64,000 nucleotides of DNA from Mobula hypostoma (taxonomy: Eukaryota). The position numbers and the translations under genes were made by a program. The DNA is taken from positions 185,816,001 to 185,880,000 of the forward strand of contig NC_086097.1 in the NCBI RefSeq assembly GCF_963921235.1, read 5' to 3'. Below are positions 1 through 12,491 of the stretch, piece after piece (within the stretch, counting starts at the first letter, position 1; each line of letters begins with the position of its first letter). The notes under the pieces were generated by a model. The model worked only from the letters and a program-made list of their open reading frames with translations, searched no databases and was not told the DNA's origin.

Positions 1-1510
1 CTGACATCTCCTTTGTACCTACTTCCAAGCACCTTAAAACTGTGCCCTCTCGTGTTAGCCATTTCAGCCTTGGGGAAAAAGCCTCTGACTATCGACATGA
101 TCAGTGCTTTTCATCTTCTTATATACCTCTATCAGGTCACCTCTAATCCTTTGCCACTCCAAGGACATAAAGCCAAGTTCACTCAACCTATTCTCATAAG
201 GCATGCTCCTCAATCCAGGCAACATCCTTGTAAATCTCCTCTGCACCCTTTCTATAGTTTCCACATCCTTCCTGTAGTGAGGTGACCAGAACTGAGCACA
301 GTACTCCAAGTGGGGTCTGACCAGGGTCCTATAAAACTGTGACATTACCTCTTGGCTCTTAAACTCAACCTCATAGTTGATGAAGGCCAATGCAACATAT
401 GTTTTCTTAACCACACAGTCAACCTGCGCAACAGCTTTGAGTGTCATATGGACTCGGACCCCAAGATCCCTCTGAACCTCCACAGTGCCAGGAGTCTTAC
501 CATTAATACTATATTCTGTCATCATATTTGACCTACAAAATGAACCACCTCACACTTATCTGGGTTGAACTGCATCTGCCACTTCTCAGCCCAGTTTTGC
601 ATCCTATCGATGTCCTGCTGTAACATCTGACAGCCCTCCACACTATTCACAACAACCTCAACCTTTCTGTCATCAGCAAATTTCTAACCCATCCCTCACT
701 TCCTCATTCAGGTCATTTATAAAAATCACGAAGAGAAGGGGTACCACAACAGATCCCTGAGGCACACCACTGGTCACCGACCTCCATGCAGAATAAGACC
801 CGTCCGCAGCCATTCTTTGCCCTCTGTGGACAAGCCAGCTCTGGATCTACAAAGCCAGGTCCCCTTGGATCCCATGCCTCCTTACTTTCTCAATAAGCCT
901 TGCATGGGGAACCTTATCAAATGCCTTGCTGAAATCCATATACACTACATCTACACCTCTACCTTCATCAATATGTTTAGTCACATCCTCAAAAAATTCA
1001 ATCTGGCTCCTAAGGCACAACCTGCCTTGACAAAACTATGCTGACTGCCTCTCAAGATCTTTTCCATCAACTTACCAACCACTGAAGTAAGACTCACTGG
1101 TCTATAATTTCCTGGGCTATCTCTACTTTTCTTGAATAAGAGAAGAACATCTGCAACCCTTCAATCCTCTGGAACCTCTCCCGTCCCCATTGATGATGCA
1201 AAGATCATTGCCAGAGGCTCAGCAATCTCCTCCCTCGCCTCCCACGGTAGCCTGGGGTACATCTCGTCCGGTCCCGGAGACTCATCCAACTTGATGCTTT
1301 CCAAAAGCTCCAGCACATCCTCTTTCTTAATGTCTCTATACTCAAGTTTTTCAATTCGCTGTAAGTCATCCCTAAAATTGCCAGGATCCTTTTCCGTAGT
1401 GAATACTGAAGCAAATTATTCATTAAGTACCTCTTCTATCTCTTCCTGTTCCATACACAGTTTTTCACTGTCACACTTGATTGGTCCTATTCTCTCATGT
1501 CCTATCCTCT
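1..1510 (-). mobile_element. CR1-clade LINE ORF2 fragment (degenerate, internally deleted)
   Basis: ORF 64..525 has [21 protein letters not shown] and [13 protein letters not shown], the CR1 RT C-terminus. Upstream RT/tether pieces are frameshifted. Confidence 0.9.
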
Positions 1511-1511
1511 T

Positions 1512-2827
1512 ACACAGAAACATAGAAAATAGGTGCAAGAGTAGGCCATTCGGCCCTTCGAGCCTGCACCGCCATTTATTATGATCATGGCTGATCATCC
1601 AACTCAGAACCCAGCCTTCCCTCCATACCTTCTGACCCCTGTAGCCACAAGGGCCATATCTAACTTCCTTTTAAACATAGCTAATGAACTGGCCTCAACA
1701 GTTTGCTGTGGCAGAGAATTCAACAGATTCACCACTCTCTGTGTGAAGAAGTTTTTCCTAACCTCGGTCCTAAAAGGCTTCCCCTCTATCCTCAAACTGT
1801 GACCCCTCGTTCTAGACCTCCCCAACATCGGGAACAATCTTCCCGCATCTAGCCTGTCCAATCCCTTTAGGATCTTATACGTTTCAATCAGATCCCCCCT
1901 CAATCTTCTAAATTCCAACGAGTACAAGCCCAGTTCATCCAGTCTTTCTTCATATGAAAGACCTGCCATCCCAGGAATCAATCTGGTGAACCTTCTTTGT
2001 ACTCCCTCTATGGCAAAGATGTCTTTCCTCAGATTAGGGGACCAAAACTGCACACAATACTCCAGGTGTGGTCTCACCAAGGCCTTGTACAACTGCAGTA
2101 GTACCTCCCTGCTCCTGTACTCGAATCCTCTCGCTATAAATGCCAGCATACCGTTCGCCTTTTTCACCGCCTGCTGTACCTGCATGCCCACTTTCAATGA
2201 CTGGTGTATAATGACACCCAGGTCTCGTTGCACCTCCCCTTTTCCTAATCGGCCACCATTCAGATAATAATCTGTTTTCCTATTTTTGCCACCAAAGTGG
2301 ATAACTTCACATTTATCCACATTAAATTGCATCTGCCATGAGTTTGCCCACTCACCCAACCTATCCAAGTCACCCTGCATCCTCTTAGCATCCTCCTCAC
2401 TGCTAACACTGCCACCCAGCTTTGTGTCATCCGCAAACTTGGAGATGCTGCATTTAATTCCCTCATCCAAGTCATTAATATATATTGTAAACAACTGGGG
2501 TCCCAGCACTGAGCCTTGCGGTACCCCACTAGTCACCGCCTGCCATTCTGAAAAGGTCCCGTTTATTCCCACTCTTTGCTTCCTGTCTGCTAACCAATTC
2601 TCCACCCACACCAATACCTTACCCCCAATACCGTGTGCTTTAAGTTTGCACACTAATCTCCTATGTGGGACCTTGTCAAAAGCCTTTTGAAAATCCAAAT
2701 ATACCACATCCACTGGTTCTCCCCTATCCACTCTACTAGTTACATCCTCAAAAAATTCTATGAGATTCGTCAGACATGATTTTCCTTTCACAAATCCATG
2801 CTGACTTTGTCCGATCATTTCACCGCT
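1512..2827 (-). mobile_element. Young 5'-truncated CR1 LINE with an uninterrupted RT ORF (404 aa) and 3' tail
   Basis: ORF 1604..2818: QHGFVKGKSCLTNL, YLDFQKAFDKVPH, GVPQGSVLGP, KFADD. The 3' UTR and (TTTCTATG)-type tail are at about 1512-1600. Confidence 0.95.
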
Positions 2828-3329
2828 CCATGCTGACTTTGTCCGATCATTTCACCGCTCTTCACAAGAGTTTTACTCTTCACAAAACTCACCAGAAATT
2901 TATCTAGAGCCTTTGTCGCTTCTTGCCTAAACCTATTGATCCAAAACCTGAAACTAACCCCTCTAATAATGTCCCACTCATAAAATGGGTGCTCCACTTA
3001 AATCTAACTTCTTTTTATTGGCTTTTGCCAAGTGCGTAATAGAACGCTATGATTGAAGCCTGCAGAAAAATCCCAACAAGCTCTGAGCCCGTTTTAAACT
3101 TTGTCTTACCTCACCAACAAACAAGACCTTGTGATGATTAAGGTCTACCAAAAATTCTCAAAGACCTCAAGCTCTTTTTAACCCTCATGCTGCCTCACCA
3201 ACAAGCAACTGCTCATAGTGACTGAAACCCGCTGTAAAGTTCTGAAAGGCCCCATGCTCTTTTTAAACCTTATGCTGCATCACCACTGTGAGTGCTCGTA
3301 ATGATTGATGTCTGCCAAAAACATAACCT

Positions 3330-3870
3330 CCCATGCGTAAAACCATGCTAACTATTCCTGATTAGGTGTTAAATATGCGATCTTGTCTTTCAGAGATCCC
3401 TTGAGTAACTTCCCTACAGCTTATGTCAGGCTTAATGGCCTGTAGTTCCATCGCCTATCCTTGCTACCCCTTTTGAACAATGGAACAACATTAGCTACCT
3501 TCTAGTCCTCTGGAACTTCACCAGTGACTAACAAGGACCTCCACAATTTCTTACCTAAGGTCTGGAGTTACACTTGGTCAGGTTTCTTCCTCATAATACG
3601 CATATGATCCAAAACCTCACTACTTATTACCCTCATTTCTTTGGCATCGTGATAATCTTCTTAGTAAACACTGAGAAGACATAGAGATTAGAAATCTCAA
3701 CCATCTCCTGCAGCTCCACGTATAGGTGATGGTCTTTAAGAGGATCTACTCTCCCCCCAGACACCCTTTTACAGTTAATATAACTGAAGGACCTTTTGGG
3801 ATTATCTTCAACCCTGCTTGCCAAATTCATCTCATACCCTTTTTTTGCCATCCTGATCTCTCTCTTTAGC
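3330..3870 (-). mobile_element. Old CR1 LINE fragment
   Basis: Degenerate NPKRSFSYINCKR...VDPLKD (endonuclease-RT tether) and a remnant of the NYRPLSLT region. Confidence 0.75.
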
Positions 3871-4507
3871 TTGGTCTACCCCACCTTACTGATCTTATCT
3901 TCACACTGTGAATTGCGGACCAATTGATTTCTTTTGCTAGATCCACAAGGTGCCACTACAAAAGTAAAGCCATTGTGAGTACCATAGACATACATGTAAT
4001 AGAATGACAATACTGCATAGTTATGCAGAGAATTGATGTGGGCCATTGTTCAACACCGGTTCAGTAAGCAATTTACTTAATTAGGCTTCAAGTGTTTCAT
4101 ATTGCACTAAAAGAGTATTTTGAAGAGGTAACAAAGAGTTTTGATGTTGTTCATGTAGGCTTCCAAAATATATTTGATAAGTTTCACTGCTTGTAAGCAA
4201 AATGCAGTATATAGAAAAATGGGGACAGTAACAGACAGATATGAAATGAGTCATGAGATAGGAAACAAAAAATGGATTATTTATTGAATTAAAAAGAGAT
4301 ACACAAAGTTGATATGCCACTACTTTTCTTCAAAGGTACATAGGTTACAATTGGTTTACAAGTATTATTTCAAAATTGGTAGAAGTCCTGTATATAGTGA
4401 GGCACATTGTGATTGAAGTGATGTAGACATAGACTAATGGAATGAAGGAGCATGCTGCTGATTAAATTTAATACTGAGAAGTGCAATGTGTTAAATTAAA
4501 TGGTAAA

Positions 4508-4700
4508 CATGAGAAATTCTGCAGATGCTGGAAATCCAAAGCAACACACACAAAGTGCTGGAGGAACTCAGCAGGTCATGCAACATCTATGGAAATAAAT
4601 AAACAGTTGACGTTTTGGGCCAAGACCCTTCTTCAGGAAGGGGGAAGACACCAGATTAACCTCCTCCGCAAAACTTTTTTATTCTAGCATCTTCTCCTTT
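4508..4700 (-). mobile_element. Penelope-like terminal-repeat (pLTR) fragment with decayed hammerhead motif
   Basis: ttctgcagatgctggaaatc...gcaacacacacaaagtgctggaggaactcagcagg is the same repeat type that flanks the Penelope ORF at 57.3-60.8 kb. Confidence 0.75.
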
Positions 4701-7700
4701 CTTTTGCATTCCCGGAAGGACGTAAGCACTGTGCTTATGTCCTTATTGCATTTGTGTGGCCACTGACTTCAACAGATGGGCGTGGAAGATGACGACAAGC
4801 AGCTCCAAAGTGGCAATTCTGACCTAACTGATTCTGACACTGTCTCACTGATCATGAACAGAGTGATAATGTTGTGACCCTGAAACAGGACAACTGACTT
4901 TCGTTCCATGAACTAACATTCACCTAGGCTAAAATATCAGATAGTCTTTCATTCTGATGGATCACAATGTATTTTTTACACTGTCAGTTTGGGTTTGATT
5001 AGCAACAAAGAGAACTTGGATACCAAAGATACAAGTTTCACCTGCCGCATTGGGACAACTGAATTTGCTTGTGTTGCAATAACACCGAGACTGAAGATGT
5101 CACCTTTGTCTTCCAACATAAATTCTGCTTTCTTGAAACTGCTTTCATCTTCCTTCCTTAGTACTATTTCAACCAGATAGCACAAACTTTACATCTCTTT
5201 CACAAAGGGTCATTACTTGCAATTAGCCAACATCATCTTTCTGTTGTCCTCCTCTTTCTCAGCCTTTCTGATATACCAGTAATTGTTTTCACCAGTTCCC
5301 TTTTATTTACTTGGATTGTCAGCACTTATTCATAATTTTCCTAGAACGAAGGAGGTAGTTAAGAACATTTATATTTCTTCATGGGAAGTCCCAGTTGAAA
5401 CAGGAAAAAAGGGAGATTTCCTTCCCTGAAAGATACTAAAAGTCGTTTTTATGAAAATCAAGTAGTTACTTCCAGGTGTATTAAGTTATTTGAATTACCT
5501 AGCAGCTGTGAATTGATTCAATCATGTTTCTAGATCAGAGACACAGAAATATGGCTTCAGTAAAGTTATGTTTTGTCACATATCTATTGTATGTATTATG
5601 ACAATAATGACAAGTTTTCTTAGTTGCCTAGCATCCCTATTGTTACTAATATTTGTTCTTAATTCCTCAAGAGCTTCAATTTAAAATCCCAGTCTTGAAT
5701 TTATATCCATTATGACCTAAATTTACTTCCACACTTGCACTTTTCTTTCCAGCTTGCAGATACTTTTTCCTCAAAATCTTCTCATTCTTCCAATCCTTCC
5801 TGATAATATATGTGACCAAATAAAAGGACATTCTTTTCAACTATTTTTATTATTCATTTGCTATAGGACATAAATTATATTTAAAATTGTAGTTGATTTT
5901 ATATTAAGGAAGTAGAAAGCTGTTGAAAATGAGTAATTAAACTACTGAAGACAAACTGAAGCATTTTTTTCTGAAAAAAGCATCAAATAAAATCTCAATT
6001 GTAAGATTACTAGGGACCAGTGAAATAAGGATTTTTCAAAAAAGTTGAAAGAAAGTGATGGTCTAATTAAGAGTGATTATGATAATATGGAATTCAGATA
6101 TCATTTTAAAATCCCTTTATGAACAGTTATTTTCCAATTATCTTTCTACAACAAAGTGGCAGAAAATTTCTTCCACTCATAAGGCAGTTTGTAAAGAAGC
6201 GATAAATGACAAGTCTATTTGAAGAGCAAATTACATTTAATTGGAAGAATAATTTATAGATGAGATTTTTATTCAAAGTACTCAATATTAAAGTTCATGA
6301 GAAATTTACTTGATACTTTGCAAATTTCTGTTTTCTTGCTGACATAGCAGTTAAGGTACGTTTTCCTGACAGAATATACTAACTAAATTAATTAGATGAA
6401 GAACATATCTTAAGGATCTCCATCTTGCAAACAGAAGCAGCTGTTACTTGAGCATAACTAAAAACTTCTTGATCATGGATACCCATTCTTTTTAGGAACT
6501 TAGCTTTTCAAAAAGGTGAAGAACATGTGACTAATATTTTGTCTTAATAAATGTAAGAAATTTTCTGTCCTTGTATGTACTGAAATATCATCTTGCTAGC
6601 AATAACACTTGGATTGGACACTTTGGGTTTAATTTTTTATAAAATTTTCATGGTTCACTGGGCCTCTCAATATCGCTTATGGTATTTTATGAAAGAATTG
6701 AAACCAATCAGATGAAATCTACACAGGACTTCTCCAGTTGCCTGATATAAATTCAGTTGGAGAATAATAATTTTCTCTAATCTTGTTATGTAATGTATTT
6801 TCGAGTTGTTTCAACTAAGTATAACTTATTGCCATTTGGAATATTTCACTATGAAAAATGGAATGCAGTGGAACATATTTTAAAATAGTAATGATAAGTA
6901 TGGATTGATTTTTACATATTCCTAGACGACAGACTAATTGTCATGCTTTCTTACTCAGAGAGAGAGATTGTATGAAAGTGGACGGGGTTTATGCTTTGCT
7001 TACCAAAAGATGGCTACAAATCATCAGGGAATTGCTGGCTGAATGATGGTTGTAAATCAAGTCCTGAACTCGCTTGGAAGGTGCTTATATTCAGTTTAAT
7101 ATTTCTAAACATATCGACTGGACTTTTGGATCTTTATGGGAAGAACCCATCCAACTTTTCTCAACAGCTAGAAGATTTTTACAGTGATGAGGTTCATGAT
7201 TAATTTCTTTGATTCTAATTAATCAAGATGTTGAAGTACCACATTTGTAAAACAGCACTTTTGGTAGAGTTTGTGCACTTGAAATAAATTGAAAATGGGT
7301 TAACAAATAACTTTTTAACGTAGCGAATGCACTTTATAGAAATATGTGTGTATTGTATATTACGATTCTAATTCTCTTTTGAGATATAGCTGTTGGACAG
7401 AACCATTCCACATTTTGGAAATAATCAAGATAATCAAGGTCATGCAGAACAATTTTGTTACTTAAAATGCAACATAATATTACTCATTCTACTTCAATCT
7501 CAAACATTTAAAATATACAATTATGAGTGATTCCTTTTACCTACAATGTTTATTATCTAGGAATGTAAAAAAAGTGAATTTCATACAGGGCCATACTCCT
7601 TCTTTGATGTTATTCTTTATGTACATGATAGGATGACCTCAGTTACCCAATGAGAAAAATGGTAGCCAAAATTCCTTTTAAAATGTTAGAGTTATACTAT

Positions 7701-10401
7701 TTTGTCCTTCCTGTGCTAAAGATGCTGCTTGCTTCCTGATTAGTTCAGTTATTTTCTTAAAAGAGGTTTATCAGAGAACTACTGGGAGATATTTTCTGCA
7801 GCCATTTTTATGGAATGTTTGGATTTGAAACATGTAAGACCTAGTGTACTGTATTTCACATTTATGGATTGGAAGATGCATCATCATCCTTTACATATGT
7901 AAGTTAATTTTGTAATAAGAAATTTGAATATATACAGTAGGCATGGAGACCCAAAGAACAGATAGGCATGAAAAGATCCAAATAAAAGTCTGCATCTACT
8001 GATATTTGCAATATAGTCTCTTTAACACCTGTGCCTCTGAGATCATGAGATTATATCTAGATAGCAAGTAATAGCACATTCAATATGAAAAATAGACATC
8101 AATTTCAAGACTTAATAAATTATATGTAACACCGCAATGCATTATTCTCCCAAGTTAATCTCCCATTGTTTTCAACTTACAGAATATGTGATAAAATAGG
8201 AAAAAGTGATAATAGGCATTGGTGTTTCAAATTGATTATTAGTTGATTTCTAATGGCTTAGAACACAAATTTTTGAGGCTACATTCAATGAAGTGTGACC
8301 TTTTTGCATCAAGGATTTTAAACTTTGAGTTTGTAGATTGAAATACTATGCTATGTGGTTTATGATCTCAAAATGAAAAGACGTATGAATATTTACCATG
8401 CTCTCCTTGAAATTTAAATTGTTCCCAGCTGGCCAATAATATCACAAGTTTCAATGCAACTATCTGAGGAGGCCAACAGGTGAAGTATAATCTTTAAAAA
8501 CTCTGCATAGTTCATACAGCTGAAATTAATAAACTGGCATGTTGACTGCTGCTTTTTGCTGAATCCTTGAGATTTTATTGCATTGGGCAATAAACTTGTA
8601 GCTTTATTGAACTATTTCCAAGGCAAATTCTCCACAGCCACCTTTTGTGGAGAACTTGTACCTCAAGAATGAGAACGCAAATCTTGAATTTTTTGATGAA
8701 GGATTCATATATCCTGCTACAATTTAGCTGGTTGAATAAGTTCAAACTCATACACCCGATTTTGCAGTCTGAATTCTGAAGCACTGGTTGACTCAAACAG
8801 CATCTATGAATAGTACATGATATTCACTGATTGTCTAGACTGACTCATTTCAAAAGAGTAATGAAGGTTTAGAGTTACTAATGTTTTCATTTATATACTG
8901 TGACTACTTCTCCAAAAATAATCATGCCATCTTTGCAAAATAACTCCTGTATTTTCTTCTTGTGGTATTTTATTGTGTATGAATGTTTGGAAGGCTTTCA
9001 CCCTTACCACCCTTTAAAATATAGGAGTGAATTTCATGTAGTGATCTTTTTTGGTGAAGAAAATAGAATTACTCCCAAGTTTATACTTAACTATTTTAGC
9101 CCTGTAGTTCTTTCACCCATACCTTCGTAATATTAATAATTTCCTGATTTACCTTTTTAAACTGTTTCTTATATTACAAAGTATTCCTGAGACCTTTTGT
9201 ATCTTTCAGGTCTTACTCACCTATATTTTTTACAATTAGTCTTCATACCTAAGAGTAAGGTTCAACTTTTTCTGTAAGGGATTCTGTAGGGAGTGTATTG
9301 ATCCAGGACTTACAGTGCAATATTTGCTACTGTGTAAACAAACTACATTCCCATCCAAAGAAAAACTAGACTACCTGCTAGTGTTTGCAGACTATCAGCT
9401 GCCCCCTCACCACTCTAGCCACTCTCCTCCACCTCACAATCCCAACACAAACACTTAATTCCTAACCATCATGCAATCTCGGCCATTCTATATATGAATT
9501 GCTACTGCCAAATCATTACAATATTTTATGGCAAAATATAATTTTTTTAACTGAGTAATTAAAGTTCCCAGCAAAACTCTGATAGCAATTTTCATTCATT
9601 TGATGGAAAAAGTATATGTAAAGTTCAAGATGAAAGATTTACTCTTGCAATAAAAGCTTTAGAAATACTGTGCAAATACTTTAGTAATAAAAATGTGTTT
9701 GAGATAGAACGCTTAATTAATGCAAATCTTTAAAATCTATTCTCAATCAAATATTACAGCAAATGTCTGAGATATATTATTTCAGATGTTAGTCTGTGGT
9801 CAAAGAGTTGTTGTCCAGCTGAACAGATCAAAAACGATTTGATCTTGATAGCTTTGTTTTACATACTCATTGATTTGTGCATTAGAATGAGATATGGCTT
9901 ATTAACCCTATTTCAACATTTTCCAGTCATTAGCAATGTGACAGCAAGGCATCTGAAAAGCATTAAGGTCTGGTAAAGTCACCACAGTTTATGAAAGAGG
10001 AATAATTTTTAATAAATCTACTGAGTTTTTTTAATGGCTGTAACAAGCAGAATAGTTAAATTGAATCAGCGGACATGATACATTTAAGTTTTCAGAAGAC
10101 ATTTGGATAGAAAACATAAGGCTGTTTCATGAAATTGACAAACTGCTTGTACATATTATATTTAATAACAGGATTGTCCAAGCCACACTCGCCACCTGTT
10201 TGTTTTATTTATTTTTTTCCCAGATTTAGAGGATGACTGAATAGACTCACACAAACTAACAGGTATCCATTGAAACAGTTAGAGCCCCAATCAATGTGTA
10301 GTCATCAGGTGTTACTCCAGAACATCTTGACAGCCTTTGTCAATGCTCAAGTTATCTATGGCAATTTAACTGGCAATTATGGCAATTTAACTGGGAATTA
10401 T

Positions 10402-11847
10402 TGTCATGGTCCGGATCGAGGGCTCTTTAAATTTACTTTGTTTATGTTACGATCCGGACCGTTGACTCCCTGTTTCCCTTTGGTTCCCTGTTTTCCCTGT
10501 TTTCCCTGTTTGGTGATTAGAGGCAATTTACTCTCGGCTGAACCGATAGTTTATAGTCTCTGGCTTTCAGCTGTTCGGCTCGAGAGCGTCTGCAAAGTCA
10601 CTAAAGGTACGGCGTGCCAATGTCATCTGGCCGGAGCAAGCCTAGTCTCCGCCCGAAGCGAGTGCCGGTAATTTGCCTTTCCTCACCGGAGCACTGCTGT
10701 CAAGTTACCTTGCCAAAGCAAGCCTGCAAAGTTTCCTCACCAAGGTGGGTCCATCAGTTAACCCGCCGGAGGCAATCAAGAACTGCTGTCTACTGTTCCT
10801 GGGCCGAGTCGAGAGCTCGCCACTACCCGGAGACTCCAAGTCAAGTCCTGGCTCCCGGGGCATTCAAGTACCAAGTCAAGTCCCGTCCCTGGCAGCATCC
10901 AAGTATCGAGTTGAGTCGAGTCAAGTCCCGTCCCTGGCCAGCATCCAAGTTCCAAGTCAAGTCCCGGTCCTGGCGGCATCCAAGTTCCGAGTCAAGTCCT
11001 GGCCCTGGCAGTCTGTGATTCCTGTCCTACCCCCTAGTCTGAATCCCTTCTCCGCCCCTCTCGCCTCTAGCCTTGGCCTGCACCTCGGCCTAGTTCTATC
11101 TCCGGAGCTAGATAGGTACTGTCTGGTGTTCTTTCGTGTTGGTCGTGCCTCCGTGGGGTAAGTCAGGCCGTCTCACCATTGCCCAGCAGGGGGGTCATGT
11201 CTTGTCGTGTCTTGTCCTCGCCTCCATGGGGTAAGTCAGGCCGTCTTGCCATTGCCCCACGGGGGGTCATGTCTTGTCGTGTCTTGTCCTCACCTCCGTG
11301 GGGTAAGTCAGGCCGTCTTGCCGTTGCCCTGCGGGGGGTCATGAGTCATAAGTCCCGGCCCTATGTCCTGTACCCAAGGAGGGGTCCCGGCTCTCTGTTC
11401 TGTGTGTGAGTCCCAGCCCTATGTCCTGTACCCAAGGAGGGGTCCCGACTCTGTGTTCTGTGTATGTGTACATGGACCTGCTCTCCCGAGACCGAGGCTC
11501 TGTTTTTCTGTGTTCCTCCTCTCCCTAGCCCACGTCATGTCCATGCCTGGTTCTGGGGTCCGAGCCCGGGGCACAACCCAGGTACTTGGGTCCTTGCCCA
11601 GTCTCTGGCTTGGAGTCCATACCGTAGCCTCTTCATGTTGCCGCTAGTTCTGGGATCCAATTCCGAGTCCTAGCCTAGACCTCTAGTCCCAGCCTAGTCG
11701 TAGTCCTACGTCCCTTGTCCAGTTTGCTATTCCTGCATCTGCTTTGCTCTCCTGGTATCAAACAATAAACTCAATTTAATTAACCCCACAAGATGTGTCT
11801 TGCATTTGGGTCCACCCTTGCTCCCTATGCCCCCCCCAATTGTGATA
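10402..11847 (+). mobile_element. Solo LTR (probably Gypsy-type), 1446 bp, with internal tandem repeats
   Basis: Begins TGTCATGG and ends TGTGATA (decayed TG..CA). ATTAT 5-bp TSD at 10397-10401 and 11848-11852, AATAAA at about 11764, GC-rich relative to the flanks, no real coding content. Confidence 0.8.
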
Positions 11848-11859
11848 ATTATGGCAATT

Positions 11860-12490
11860 ATTCTAATTACATGCATAGAATAAAAATTGGAGCAAGAACA
11901 GGCCACTTGCCATTTAGTGTATTCACACCTGATCTCCTCAGTACTCAATTCCTAACCTATTCAACCTATCCCTATAACTTTGATCCTCATGTCCCAACAA
12001 CATCCTTGTACATTTTTTCTGCACTCTTTCAAACATATTCATATCTTTCCAGAGTGTATAACCTCACATTTTCCCAATTTAAATTCAATTTGGCAGGTTG
12101 TTGCCAGTTACTCAATTTTTCTGTATTCTGTGCAGCACCCAAATATCCTCCTCACACATGCCTTCCCAGCTCTTTTAGGGTCCCTGGCAGACTTTGTTAA
12201 CTGAGGGCCAGGAACCGATTCTTAGGGCACTCTTATTAGTTTCAGCCTGAAAAGACTGATTTATTTCAACTCTCTGTCTTTAATAGGATAACTAATCTCC
12301 ATGCTAATAGAATTCTTCCAGTATCATAAGCTGTTATCTTATACCTTTGTGTGGCACCTTGTCAAGTGCCTTCTGGAAATCCAAATACAGATTCCATCTA
12401 TTGACTCTGCTTGTAACATCCTCAAAGAATTCTATATAATCTGTAAAATCTGATTTACCTTTCATAAAATCTCATTTTTTTGCTTTGATT
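11860..12490 (-). mobile_element. Old CR1 LINE fragments
   Basis: Recognisable decayed CR1 3' end and RT (gtggcaccttgtcaagtgccttctggaaatccaaata, the YLDFQKALDKVPH region). Confidence 0.65.
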
Positions 12491-12491
12491 A

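Noticed and set aside
4776..5340. Short ORFs and possible exon (MGVEDDDK.., MCYLVEIV..)
   Set aside because: No recognisable homology. The candidate minus-strand acceptor at about 5341 leads to stops in all three frames.
6991..7203. 70-aa ATG-initiated ORF
   Set aside because: No recognisable family, and the length is expected by chance.
10270..11673. Repetitive ORFs and CRISPR-like periodicity
   Set aside because: These are head-to-tail tandem units without unique spacers, inside a eukaryotic solo LTR, and there are no cas genes.
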